From the NCBI GenBank assembly GCA_965226795.1, contig CBDDDZ010000004.1, forward strand, positions 736,001 to 800,000: a stretch of DNA of 64,000 nucleotides. Direction: 5' to 3'. The stretch's first letter is position 1. Every line of letters starts with the position of its first letter. Shown here in pieces: positions 19,286-28,608 of this stretch. The DNA is from Candidatus Latescibacterota bacterium (lineage in GTDB: Bacteria; Latescibacterota; UBA2968; GCA-2709665). Below the pieces are notes generated by a model. The model was not told where the DNA came from. It made no database searches and was given only the letters and a program-made list of their open reading frames with translations. Position numbers and translations under genes: made by a program.

Positions 19286-20566
19286 TTACAAGCAGGAAAA
19301 CGGAATGGCGACGACGTCGCGGATGTGCTTTGCGTCGGTAAGCACCATCAGCAGCCTATCAACGCCCAGGGCAATGCCGCCGGCTGGCGGCATACCGGCT
19401 TCGAGGGCCCCCAGAAATCGTTCGTCTATGGGGTAAGCCGTCCGACCGCCGTGTTCTCGCTGCGCCGCTTCGTCTTCCAGGCGGACTCTCTGTTCAATTG
19501 GATTGTTCAGTTCCGTAAAGGCGTTGGCGAGTTCCACGCCCGATACATAGAGTTCGAACCGTTCCGCGATGCCGGGGGCGTTCTGTTTCAACCTGGCGAG
19601 AGCCGCCATTTCCGCCGGGTAGTCCACGAGAAAGGTGGGACGCCCCGCGCCGAGGTGTTTTTCCACGGCGTCCAGAAACACCTTGAAGTAAGCAATCTCA
19701 AACGAATCGCCCGGTCGGACCGAACGGTGGCCCCGCTGGCGGGCGTCGCGAATAAAAGCGTCCGGATCCTCGGCGGGATCGGTTTTCACGCCGGCGTACC
19801 TGGCAAATGCCTCCCGAACGGTCAGGCGCTCCCACGGGGGGGTGAAATCGACGGTGCGGCCCCGGTACATAACCGAAGATTTCCCGGTGATTTCACATAC
19901 CAGAGCGTGAATCAGGTTTTCCGCATCTGCCATTATGGCGGTGTAATCGGCATAGGCCCTGTACCATTCGAGGAGTGTGAATTCGGGGCTGTGCATCGGG
20001 CCGGGCGCGTCCTGCCGGAAGGATTTGCAGATCTGGAAGATGCGTTCGTATCCGGCCGACAGGAGGCGTTTCATCGCGTATTCGGGGGATGTCGGTAGGT
20101 AAAGGCGCTTAACGCGGCCATTGCCGCTGTAAAGAGTTTCGAAGGCATCCAGATGAGGTTCCATGCCGGGGCTGAGGACGAGCAAAGGGGTTTCGACTTC
20201 CAGGAAGCCGGCGTTCTCGAAAAAGCGCCTGACAAACGAAAGAACCCGCGCGCGCGTACGCAGGTTGCGGGGTGAAGGCCCGGATTCCAGCGGGCGCAGG
20301 GCCGGCGCCAGAACGCGATGGCTTCGGACCTGAAATGTCGGAGGCCGCCAGATTCCCCGCACCTCCACGACGTCTCCCGTGCGGAGATTGTCCGATGTCT
20401 GGCCGGATGCAAGGGACACTTCGCCGGATTCGTCAACCAGTCGCGGCCTGTCCGTTGCCTCGCCGGCTACAATTCGACCGGCCAATATTGCATCGCCCCC
20501 GGGCTCAAGGTTCTCGATGCGGTGTGTACGGGCGCACCGGGCGGGATAGGCGGCGGAATCTGGCAT
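19286..20566 (-). CDS. epmA: EF-P beta-lysylation ligase EpmA/GenX with an N-terminal OB-like extension (start uncertain)
   Basis: EVETP, TSPEYAMKRLL, HSPEFTLLEWY, ERFELY..GVELANAFTEL and GIALGVDRL motifs. Confidence 0.85.
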   Translation of the reverse strand: MPDSAAYPARCARTHRIENLEPGGDAILAGRIVAGEATDRPRLVDESGEVSLASGQTSDNLRTGDVVEVRGIWRPPTFQVRSHRVLAPALRPLESGPSPRNLRTRARVLSFVRRFFENAGFLEVETPLLVLSPGMEPHLDAFETLYSGNGRVKRLYLPTSPEYAMKRLLSAGYERIFQICKSFRQDAPGPMHSPEFTLLEWYRAYADYTAIMADAENLIHALVCEITGKSSVMYRGRTVDFTPPWERLTVREAFARYAGVKTDPAEDPDAFIRDARQRGHRSVRPGDSFEIAYFKVFLDAVEKHLGAGRPTFLVDYPAEMAALARLKQNAPGIAERFELYVSGVELANAFTELNNPIEQRVRLEDEAAQREHGGRTAYPIDERFLGALEAGMPPAGGIALGVDRLLMVLTDAKHIRDVVAIPFSCL

Positions 20567-20874
20567 TGGCGGATCCGGACATTCCGGGCATTCCCGGTAT
20601 GATGTTGACAGACATTGGCCCCAACGCAAACGATTGCGCGCAAAGTGCGCTGGACCGAACTCGTGGAAGCGGCCCGTCCGCATCGGCGAACGTACGCACG
20701 TTGTGATCGACGCACCTCCGCTACACCCTAACTAATTGACGGGCGATGAGGAATATAGGATAACCGCTTCCGGGGAGCAATAACCATCCTGACGGGACCG
20801 GGGCCCCGACGGAAAAATCCCTTGCCGCCGGTTCTTTTCCGGTCATATATTGCGCCCGGCACGTTATACTTCGA

Positions 20875-20941
20875 CACCTATCGCCGACCCTTCAACACCC
20901 TTCGACAAGCTCAGGGCGAGCGTCCAGGGAACGGCTCAGGG
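20875..20941. repeat. REP-like repeat cluster (CCCTTCGACAAGCTCAGGG)
   Basis: The 19-mer at 20898-20916 is identical to 25831-25849, with partial copies on both sides. Confidence 0.7.
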
Positions 20942-21096
20942 TCCGTGGGCTTAGGGCACGGCCGGGGAATCCCGTTCACGGCGCAATGACGTGCGTTGCC
21001 TGTGTTCGGTCTGTCGAAACCAGCTTGTCGAACATATTTCGGCAATCCATTTCCTCGACAAAACACTTGGCACTTATTCCGGAGAACCTGGCCGAC

Positions 21097-21678
21097 GTGA
21101 GACGTCGAACAACCCGGCATCCGCTTTTACTGCCATTCGCCCTTTTTTCGGCAATGGCGGCTCTCTTTCTTAGCTCTCCGGCTTCGGCCGGGTCTTTCAA
21201 GGCGGGCGGCGGGATGTTCTTCAACAATAATGAACCAGGGGGGGGCATCTCTGTCGACCTGGGCGATGAGGGGTTGGCGCTTTCGCCGTTTGTGGATTAT
21301 TTCGGCAAATCCGGCTCCCGATTTTTCAGCGGCGGGCTTAATATCGTCGCTAAACGCGCCGGGGGCGAGCAGTCGAAACTCTATATCGGCGTTGGCGGAG
21401 GCATCGCCTCCGTTGATGTGGAAGAAAGCTCGGCCGGCATTACCGGTTCCGCGTCGAAGACACAGGCACTGGCGGATTTCGTGCTGGGCATCGAGTTCGA
21501 CTTGCACGACAACATCGGAGGTTTCCTGCAGGTAAAATGGCTGGGGACCTTCGGCGGCGGCCGGGTGGACATTACGGGTCAGGTTGAAGGGAGGACGGTT
21601 ACGATTCCGGACGCGATTGACCTGGAACTCAGAAATTTCGCCACCCAGGCCGGCATTTCCATCGATTTCTGGCGCTGA
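21097..21678 (+). CDS. Small outer-membrane beta-barrel protein (paralog 1)
   Basis: Signal peptide ending ASA, alternating beta-strands, YIGVGGG, GGFLQVKW and C-terminal AGISIDF. Confidence 0.75.
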   Translation: MRRRTTRHPLLLPFALFSAMAALFLSSPASAGSFKAGGGMFFNNNEPGGGISVDLGDEGLALSPFVDYFGKSGSRFFSGGLNIVAKRAGGEQSKLYIGVGGGIASVDVEESSAGITGSASKTQALADFVLGIEFDLHDNIGGFLQVKWLGTFGGGRVDITGQVEGRTVTIPDAIDLELRNFATQAGISIDFWR

Positions 21679-21984
21679 CGGGGATTTCCCGCGGGTGGCC
21701 AAATCGGTCGACGATGTCCGGCAATCGGGCTCCGGTTCAGGCGGGAGACATTAAGCGAACCATCGATCTGTACCGCATCAAGCTATCCGTTTCGGTGGGA
21801 ATCTCCGTTAAGGATAGTGCTGTATGGGAGAAGCCCGTTGGAAGACACCGGTTGATTCCGATAAGTCTGTCCAGCGGTTTTTTGTTGATTTTTGGCGGTA
21901 TTTTGGCGATTATTGTTGTTGTCGAATCGTTCTTGTATCCTACCGATCCAATAGTCAATGCCCACCGGACCCAGGGAGGCTTGA

Positions 21985-22587
21985 ATGCACGCGTTGATCC
22001 GCGTTTTCTTTGTCGCTTGCTTAACTGCAACGTTCGCCACTTCTACCGCGTGGGCGCAGCATGCGCTCAAGCTGGGCGCCGGTATACACCTTGACGAAGA
22101 AACGCCGGGCATAGGACTCGCGTACGATTTCAATGCCTCGGAAGGGCTGGTCGCGTTTTCACCATTTCTCGATTTTTTCTCCAAATCCACCAACAGGGTC
22201 TTCGGGGGCGGGTTGAATTTAATCGTGAAACGTCCCGTGGGTGAAAAAGGCATATTCTACTTCGGAGCCGGAGGCGGAGTAGGCAGCGTGACGTCTACGA
22301 GGGAATTTGATGTTGATATTGGCGAAACCACCGATGCATCCCTTGAGAAGATCGAAGCTTCAAGAACGCAGGCGATGGTCGATGTGCTGATCGGCATGGA
22401 ATTTGCCACGACCGAGAGGGCATCGGTTTTTCTGCAGGCCAAGTGGATTGGCATGTACAGTGGAAAACCCGATGTCATAGTTCTATCCAGTGGCCAGGAG
22501 GTGGCGCCCGCACTGGACGTGAAGAGTTTCGCATTTCAGGTCGGCCTATCCATCAATATCGGCCAGTCGCAATTTGAAGATTACTAG
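21985..22587 (+). CDS. Small outer-membrane beta-barrel protein (paralog 2)
   Basis: Signal peptide ending AWA. FSPFLDFF, GGLNLIVKR, YFGAGGG, TQAMVD and VFLQAKW are shared with paralog 1. Confidence 0.78.
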   Translation: MHALIRVFFVACLTATFATSTAWAQHALKLGAGIHLDEETPGIGLAYDFNASEGLVAFSPFLDFFSKSTNRVFGGGLNLIVKRPVGEKGIFYFGAGGGVGSVTSTREFDVDIGETTDASLEKIEASRTQAMVDVLIGMEFATTERASVFLQAKWIGMYSGKPDVIVLSSGQEVAPALDVKSFAFQVGLSINIGQSQFEDY

Positions 22588-22750
22588 CCCATCCGATCGC
22601 ATCTGAAAATGCGATCCTGGCGTGCTTGACGGCGTGCCGCCTGCCGTCAAGAGCCGAACGTGGTTTGCAGCGGTCCGCCTTAAATGTGTTTCCGCTGGAA
22701 ACGGCATGGTTTATTTCTCGCGGTTCCCAGGGGGCGTATTCATTGGAGGC

Positions 22751-23257
22751 ATGATGAGACTTCGAATATTGGCTTTACTGTCAGGCTTTGCCTTATTGGC
22801 GGCCACGCCCGTCGCGGCCAGGGACTTCGCTGTGAATGCGGGCGGGGGGACGCTGTTCGACCCGAGCAGGCCGGGCGGTCACTTTTCGTTCGAGATGTCG
22901 CTGAGCGACGAGTATCCCACCCACCTCACGCCATTCTGCGAGTTTTACGGCAAATCGGGCACATGGATTATCCCAATAGGCATCTCGCTGCTTTACAGAC
23001 CGCCCCTTTCGGAATACGGCGGCACGATATATTTCGGCGCCGGCGCCGGCGCGTTGCTGGTTCGGGGTCAACCCGCTCAGGGCCTTCCAACAGGTACCGA
23101 CGGGATGATCTCGGTGGCGGGCGGGTTGTCGTTTGACGTGGGGCCGAGTGCGGGGATGTTTGTGCAGGTGCGCTGGTTCAGATCCTTCGAAAATCAGTCG
23201 GCAGAAAACGAAATCGGCATTCAGGCGGGCGTACGCTTCAATCTGACCGGAGGTTGA
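22751..23257 (+). CDS. Small outer-membrane beta-barrel protein (paralog 3)
   Basis: GGAGG RBS, signal peptide ending VAA, LTPFCEFY, YFGAGAG, MFVQVRW and AGVRF. Confidence 0.75.
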   Translation: MMRLRILALLSGFALLAATPVAARDFAVNAGGGTLFDPSRPGGHFSFEMSLSDEYPTHLTPFCEFYGKSGTWIIPIGISLLYRPPLSEYGGTIYFGAGAGALLVRGQPAQGLPTGTDGMISVAGGLSFDVGPSAGMFVQVRWFRSFENQSAENEIGIQAGVRFNLTGG

Positions 23258-23293
23258 TTGCCGGACAAAGGACGGGTGAACATCGGGAATTGG

Positions 23294-23333
23294 AAAGCGC
23301 CGGATACCCTCTTCAGGGTGCCGGCGCTTTTTG
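23294..23333. terminator. Intrinsic terminator between barrel 3 and pepA
   Basis: AAAGCGCCGG.TACCCT...AGGGTGCCGGCGCTTTTT hairpin. Confidence 0.8.
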
Positions 23334-23416
23334 TTTGAATCGCCAATAACCCGTGGATATTCAGACACGCTGCCGCGGGGAGGCGTGCGGCGCCTGATTC
23401 CTGTTGCGGCGGAAAA

Positions 23417-24916
23417 TCAACCCCTGTTTCGGAGCAGATCAACCAGGAGACGCACTCCCACGCCCGTGCCGCCCTTGGGGATGTGCGGCAGGTCTTTGTG
23501 CGCCCACGCGGTGCCGGCAATGTCCAGGTGGGCCCAGGGAAAGTCCTGCACGAAGGCTTCGATGAACGCAGCGCCAGTGATGGCGCCGCCGGCGCGGCCG
23601 CCGGTGTTCTTCAGATCGGCAACATCGCTCTTCATCTCTTCCCGGTGGCCGTCCAGGATGGGAAGGCGCCACGCGATCTCGCCCGTTCTTTCACCGGCGG
23701 CGGCAATTTCGGACGCCAAAGCGTCATCGTTGGAGAAGAGGCCGCTGGCCTCGTGTCCCAAGGCGATGATGCACGCGCCGGTAAGCGTGGCCAGATCGAT
23801 AGCGGCAGACGGTTTGAAACGGGCGGCATAGGCCACGGCGTCGGCCAACACCAGGCGGCCTTCGGCGTCCGTGGACCGGATTTCGATGGTTTTTCCGAGC
23901 AGCGAGCGGATAATGTCGCCCGGCTTGAGAGCGCGGCTGCCAGGCATGTTTTCCGAGGCGGCCACCAGGCCGACCGTGTGTACCGGCAGATTCAGCCGCG
24001 CCACGGCCTCCATGGCGCCGATGACGGCAGCGCCCCCCCCCATGTCGAATTTCATATCCCACATGCCCTCGGAGCCCTTGATGGAGATACCGCCGGAGTC
24101 GAAAGTGATTCCTTTGCCGATCAGCACCACGGGGGCCGTCTCCGGATCGCGCCCGTCGTGTTCGAGAATGATGAACCTGGGGGGTTGCGCGCTGCCCTGC
24201 GCCACCGCCTGGATGGTGCGCATGCCTTCCCTGGCAATCCGCGCTTCGTCGAAGACCTCGCACCTCAGGCCCGTTTCGAGGGCCATCGTTTCGGCTCGTT
24301 CCGCGAGTACTGCGGGCGTCATTTCGTTCCCCGGATGACTGCCCAGATCCCTGGCAAGACAGGCGGCTTCGGCGATGATTCGCCCTGCATCCGACCCCCT
24401 TTCAACGTCGGTCCGCTTGCCCGCCTCGAATTCGACCAGCGTAAGCCCTTCGAGTTCGTTGGTTTCGTCTTCTTCCCCGCTCTTATACGGCGTAAAGCGG
24501 TAAGTGCCGAGAATGGCGCCTTCGACAACGGCCTGCGCGGCGGCGGCAACGTCCATGCCGCCCGCCCCGCCGCCGTGAACCACGGTGGCCAGGTGTCCCG
24601 CGCCGAGACTTCGGGCACGCTGCGCCGCAGCCGCGGAGACCTGCCGGACCCGGTCGATGGTGAATTCCTCTCGTTTGCCCAGACCCACAAGGAGGAGGCG
24701 CTTTGCGGAAATGCCACTCTGCGGATAAAGAACGGCAATCTGTTTGAATTTGCCGGTGAAGTCGCCGTCGGAGATCAGATTTCGGATCTGGCCGTTCAGC
24801 GCCCCATCCGCGGCACCCGTAGCGCCGCCGGGTTCCGTGACACCCTCGAAGAGATTCAGCACAATAGCTTCCGCTTCCCGTTCCAGAATGTTATCGATCG
24901 CAACAGATATATTCAC
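23417..24916 (-). CDS. pepA: Leucyl aminopeptidase (M17)
   Basis: GKGITFDSGG, MKFDMGG, TDAEGRL, DLATLTGA and WAHLDIAG. GTG start with a GGAGG RBS. Confidence 0.95.
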   Translation of the reverse strand: MNISVAIDNILEREAEAIVLNLFEGVTEPGGATGAADGALNGQIRNLISDGDFTGKFKQIAVLYPQSGISAKRLLLVGLGKREEFTIDRVRQVSAAAAQRARSLGAGHLATVVHGGGAGGMDVAAAAQAVVEGAILGTYRFTPYKSGEEDETNELEGLTLVEFEAGKRTDVERGSDAGRIIAEAACLARDLGSHPGNEMTPAVLAERAETMALETGLRCEVFDEARIAREGMRTIQAVAQGSAQPPRFIILEHDGRDPETAPVVLIGKGITFDSGGISIKGSEGMWDMKFDMGGGAAVIGAMEAVARLNLPVHTVGLVAASENMPGSRALKPGDIIRSLLGKTIEIRSTDAEGRLVLADAVAYAARFKPSAAIDLATLTGACIIALGHEASGLFSNDDALASEIAAAGERTGEIAWRLPILDGHREEMKSDVADLKNTGGRAGGAITGAAFIEAFVQDFPWAHLDIAGTAWAHKDLPHIPKGGTGVGVRLLVDLLRNRG

Positions 24917-25055
24917 AAAACCTCCCCTCGATGACGTTTGCCTGGCCTCGGCATTGGATTCCTTCGGTCGCAACTGCCTTTGCGGTTTGTTCGTATGGCG
25001 GTCTCTCCGTACTCAGCGACGCGTCCGGACCGGTGCTGTCGCTGGGCATCCGAAA

Positions 25056-25694
25056 CTACCACACGCCTGTATGCCCCACGAGAAACGGATTGCTCACTCT
25101 CTCACGCCCCACGGTGGTGAAGGGGCCATGTCCAGGATAGACCCTCGTCTCGTCGTCCAGAATCAGAATCTTCTCCCGTATTGATCTGAGCAGAAGGTCC
25201 ACGTCGCCGCCGGGAAGGTCGGTGCGGCCGATCGAGCCGGCAAAAAGGGTGTCCCCTACAATCGCATGCCCCGGCCACTTGAGGGTGATATTGCCGCGGG
25301 CGTGGCCCGGCGTGTGGACAATCTCGAGGATTTCTCCACCCATCTTGACCACATCGCCCTCTTCGAGAAACCGATCGATGCGCGGCGGCGGATCGGCGTC
25401 CATACCTATGGATCCAGCGATTTCAACCAGGTTCTCGACCTCGTAGCGGTCGGCCGGATGAATGGCAAAAGGAGCGCCGGTTTCACGGACCACGGAGGCG
25501 GCATGCGCAATGTGGTCGTAGTGCCCATGGGTGGCTATGACTTCCACAACGCGGATGTCGTCTTCCAGGACGAGTTCAATGATTTCCGGAATGTTGTCGC
25601 CAGGATCGACGATGATGCCCTCGAGGGTATTTTCGCAGGCCAGGACGAAACAGTTTACCTTCAGCGGACCGACCACGATCGACTTGAAAATCAA
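25056..25694 (-). CDS. MBL-fold metallo-hydrolase (glyoxalase II-like)
   Basis: THGHYDH, HTPGH, GDTLF..SIGRTD and PGHG motifs. Confidence 0.92.
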   Translation of the reverse strand: MIFKSIVVGPLKVNCFVLACENTLEGIIVDPGDNIPEIIELVLEDDIRVVEVIATHGHYDHIAHAASVVRETGAPFAIHPADRYEVENLVEIAGSIGMDADPPPRIDRFLEEGDVVKMGGEILEIVHTPGHARGNITLKWPGHAIVGDTLFAGSIGRTDLPGGDVDLLLRSIREKILILDDETRVYPGHGPFTTVGRERVSNPFLVGHTGVW

Positions 25695-25785
25695 GAAACA
25701 CCTCTACAGAAAGATACAGCGGGAGCGGCGCGGTAGTACTCGTTTCGCTGCGTTGCGGTCGCTGCCTGCGCTGCTTGCGTTGCCT

Positions 25786-25860
25786 GTGCTGAGCTTGTCG
25801 AAGCGCCCGCGTTTCGCTACCCTTCGCCGACCCTTCGACAAGCTCAGGGAGCGGCTCATG
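25786..25860. repeat. Inverted pair of REP-like repeats
   Basis: CTGAGCTTGTCGAAG (25789-25803) and CCCTTCGACAAGCTCAGGG (25831-25849) are inverted copies. Confidence 0.7.
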
Positions 25861-25882
25861 GTGCAGGACCAATGTCGCTTCC

Positions 25883-27211
25883 TCATGCCTCCAGGCCTTC
25901 CTCTCCCGCATGGATGGACGCGAGGACCCACGGATCCCGGGTTCCGACCCGGAACGCCTTTACCTTTCGCCGCATCGCCTCAGCGACGTCCGCGACCTCC
26001 GGATCGTGAATTATATTGGTCGACTCCGCCGGATCGGCTTCAACGTCGAACAACGCTTCTCCATCCTGGTGCAGGAAACGCTCCGTGGGCCGCTGCCCCA
26101 TCATCCCGATTCCCTCCGCCAGGACTGACTGCCACGTCGGGGACGCCCACAGATCGCCCGGTATCGGCGTTGTCAACTCGGGATAGAGATTGCGCACGTA
26201 TTTGTACTTTCGTCCCCTCAACACACGATACGGATAGTAGTTCGTCACCTCGTGAAACGAATGCGAAAAGAACGTCTCTTCCCATCCTTTCGGTTGCGTC
26301 TCGTCCAAAATCGGGAGCAGCGAGCGTTCCGGAAGCCCTTCCGGCGGTTCCACCCCGCACCACTCCAGAACCGTCGGTGCGATATTGCACCAGTTCACAA
26401 GCGCATCGCTCCGCACGGGCGCCGCGTCCGGCCGCACCAGGATTAGCGGACAACGATGCCCGGAGTCAAACGACGACCCCTTCGCACCGGGAAACGGCAT
26501 CCCATGGTCGCTCATCACGACAATCAACGTATCCTCCGCCCGGCCAACGGCCTCCAGTGCGTCCACCGCCATCCCGATACCCTGATCCAGCCTGGATATA
26601 GACTGGTAATACTCCGTCAGCTCCCGCCGCACAGCGGGATGGTCGGGCAGGAAATCGGGCACCACTACCTCTTCCGGCGAATAATATACCTCCTCCACCT
26701 GGGGATAGGTCCCCCGATTTCCGAAATCCCGATGCGGATCCCCGAATCCCATATGCAGATAGAAGGGCCTGTCGCCGGTCTGCGACAGGAACGCCCCGGC
26801 CTGCCTGGCCATCTCCGCCACGTTCCGCGTTCCGCCGCTCACCCGTTCGCCGTCATACGTCCACGGGTATACCTCGCTGGGTTGCACGTGCAGCTTCCCC
26901 ACGATCCCGGTAGCGAACCCCGCCGATCCGAGGGTCCGGGGGATGGAGGGCATGGACAGATGCGTATGGAAATTGTGGATCCCATGCGTATGCCCGTACT
27001 GCCCGTGGGTATGGCTGTAATGTCCCGTCAACACGCACGCCCGGCTGGCCGCGCAGGATGGCGTGGTACAGAACGCCTGGGTAAACACCGTTCCACGAGA
27101 CGCAAGTGCGTCCACGTTCGGCGTCCGGATCGCCGAATTCCCGTAACAACCGGCAATAGGGCTCCAATCGTCCGCAATCAACAGGAGTACGTTGCGATGT
27201 CGTGTCGCCAT
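25883..27211 (-). CDS. Sulfatase (N-sulfoglucosamine sulfohydrolase-like), no signal peptide
   Basis: NVLLLIADD, SCAASRACVLTG, GKLHV, DPHR and SDHGMPFP motifs. Confidence 0.9.
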   Translation of the reverse strand: MATRHRNVLLLIADDWSPIAGCYGNSAIRTPNVDALASRGTVFTQAFCTTPSCAASRACVLTGHYSHTHGQYGHTHGIHNFHTHLSMPSIPRTLGSAGFATGIVGKLHVQPSEVYPWTYDGERVSGGTRNVAEMARQAGAFLSQTGDRPFYLHMGFGDPHRDFGNRGTYPQVEEVYYSPEEVVVPDFLPDHPAVRRELTEYYQSISRLDQGIGMAVDALEAVGRAEDTLIVVMSDHGMPFPGAKGSSFDSGHRCPLILVRPDAAPVRSDALVNWCNIAPTVLEWCGVEPPEGLPERSLLPILDETQPKGWEETFFSHSFHEVTNYYPYRVLRGRKYKYVRNLYPELTTPIPGDLWASPTWQSVLAEGIGMMGQRPTERFLHQDGEALFDVEADPAESTNIIHDPEVADVAEAMRRKVKAFRVGTRDPWVLASIHAGEEGLEA

Positions 27212-27275
27212 GGCGGTCCCTCTGTAATTTTCCCGAGAGTGAATCGGCTTGTCAGGCCAGGTGAGATCGTTTATC

Positions 27276-27719
27276 TTAACCACAGTCCGGCGCAGGTACG
27301 GGGGACCCCAGCATCCTGTTTTTCAACGCCGCGTTTTCCCCGGTTCTGATTTTCCACAACAGATAAGCCATCAGCAGAACGCCGGCGGCGTCATACAATA
27401 CGTCGGTCCAGGTTCCCATGCGCTCCGGCACGGAATTCTGATGGATCTCGTCGGTCACAGCATAACAGACAGAGAGCACCGCGCTCCATGCCAGGCATGG
27501 GCCGAACCGCCGCGGCTCTGTCCGGATTGACCGCAGCCAGAGATACGTCAGAATCGCATATTCGGTCAGATGAGCGAGCTTGCGAACCGCATAATTCAAG
27601 ACGCCCAGATATTCCCCCGTGGCATCCGCGGACATCCCGAATGCCAGCCATCTGCTCGACATCAGAAAAATCAGCCCCATCCAACCCGCCAGCGCAATTC
27701 GCCATCGTCTGACTGTCAA
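27276..27719 (-). CDS. VanZ-family membrane protein
   Basis: RKLAHLTEYAIL and YAVTDEIHQ..VP.R....DV..D motifs. Confidence 0.88.
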   Translation of the reverse strand: MTVRRWRIALAGWMGLIFLMSSRWLAFGMSADATGEYLGVLNYAVRKLAHLTEYAILTYLWLRSIRTEPRRFGPCLAWSAVLSVCYAVTDEIHQNSVPERMGTWTDVLYDAAGVLLMAYLLWKIRTGENAALKNRMLGSPVPAPDCG

Positions 27720-27871
27720 TCTGACCTCGATTCGCCGTTTAGCCGGTTTGCCTCTTGAATTGATCTCTAAGATCGCCTTTTGACAAATTCACGTCAAGCA
27801 CAAACCCGGCCGTTAACCGATTTCTCGGGCCGCTTCTACCGGCCGGGTACCATCAATCCGGAGTTTGCGCA

Positions 27872-28546
27872 ATGCACGCCTATCAGCAAGAATTCATGGA
27901 CTTCCTCATCGAGACCGGCGCCCTCCGCTTCGACGAATTCACGCTGAAAAGCGGCAGAAGGTCCCCCTACTTCTTCAACGCCGGACAATTCAACACCGGT
28001 GCGGAGATCGAGCGGCTCGGCTATTACTACGCCTGCGCCATCCGGGAGTTCGACGTTGAACCCACGCTTGTTTTCGGCCCTGCCTACAAGGGCATCCCCC
28101 TCTGCATCGCCGCGGCCATTGCGCTCCGACAGCGGTTCGACATGGATACGTATTATGGCTTCGACCGGAAAGAGATCAAGGAACACGGCGAGGGGGGTTG
28201 GCTGGTGGGCAAGGAACCCGACGGGCAGGACCGCGTCGTACTGGTAGACGACGTCGTCACCGACGGCGCCACCAAAATTCAAATGATCGACAGACTGAAG
28301 GCAACCTGCAGCGCCCGGATATCGGGTCTGGTCATCGCTCTGGACCGCAAAGAAAAAAACACCGAAGGCGAAGACGCCGTGGCGGCTCTCCAGACTGCCA
28401 CAGGCGTACCCGTCCGATCCATCATCACCGTCCACGACATCCTCGAATACCTGCCCGGCCGCAGCATCAACGGCCGAATCGCCCTCACACCCCAATTAAA
28501 AAGACAGATCGAAGCCTATCTCGACGAACATGGGATTCCTGCGTAA
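27872..28546 (+). CDS. pyrE: Orotate phosphoribosyltransferase
   Basis: FTLKSGRRSPYFFN, GPAYKGIP, RKEIKEHGEGG and PRPP motif VLVDDVVTDG. Confidence 0.95.
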   Translation: MHAYQQEFMDFLIETGALRFDEFTLKSGRRSPYFFNAGQFNTGAEIERLGYYYACAIREFDVEPTLVFGPAYKGIPLCIAAAIALRQRFDMDTYYGFDRKEIKEHGEGGWLVGKEPDGQDRVVLVDDVVTDGATKIQMIDRLKATCSARISGLVIALDRKEKNTEGEDAVAALQTATGVPVRSIITVHDILEYLPGRSINGRIALTPQLKRQIEAYLDEHGIPA

Positions 28547-28575
28547 ACGGAACCGGCAATTGTGGACCGAAAGAC

Positions 28576-28605
28576 AAGGGACGCCGGTAACGGCGGCGTC
28601 CTTTC
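28576..28605. terminator. Hairpin terminator between convergent genes
   Basis: AGGGACGCCG...CGGCGTCCTTT hairpin. Confidence 0.6.
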
Positions 28606-28608
28606 AGT

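Noticed and set aside
25741..25790. GCTGC(C/T)TGC-like short tandem repeats as a possible CRISPR array
   Set aside because: The units are about 9 bp and degenerate, with no spacers and no cas genes.
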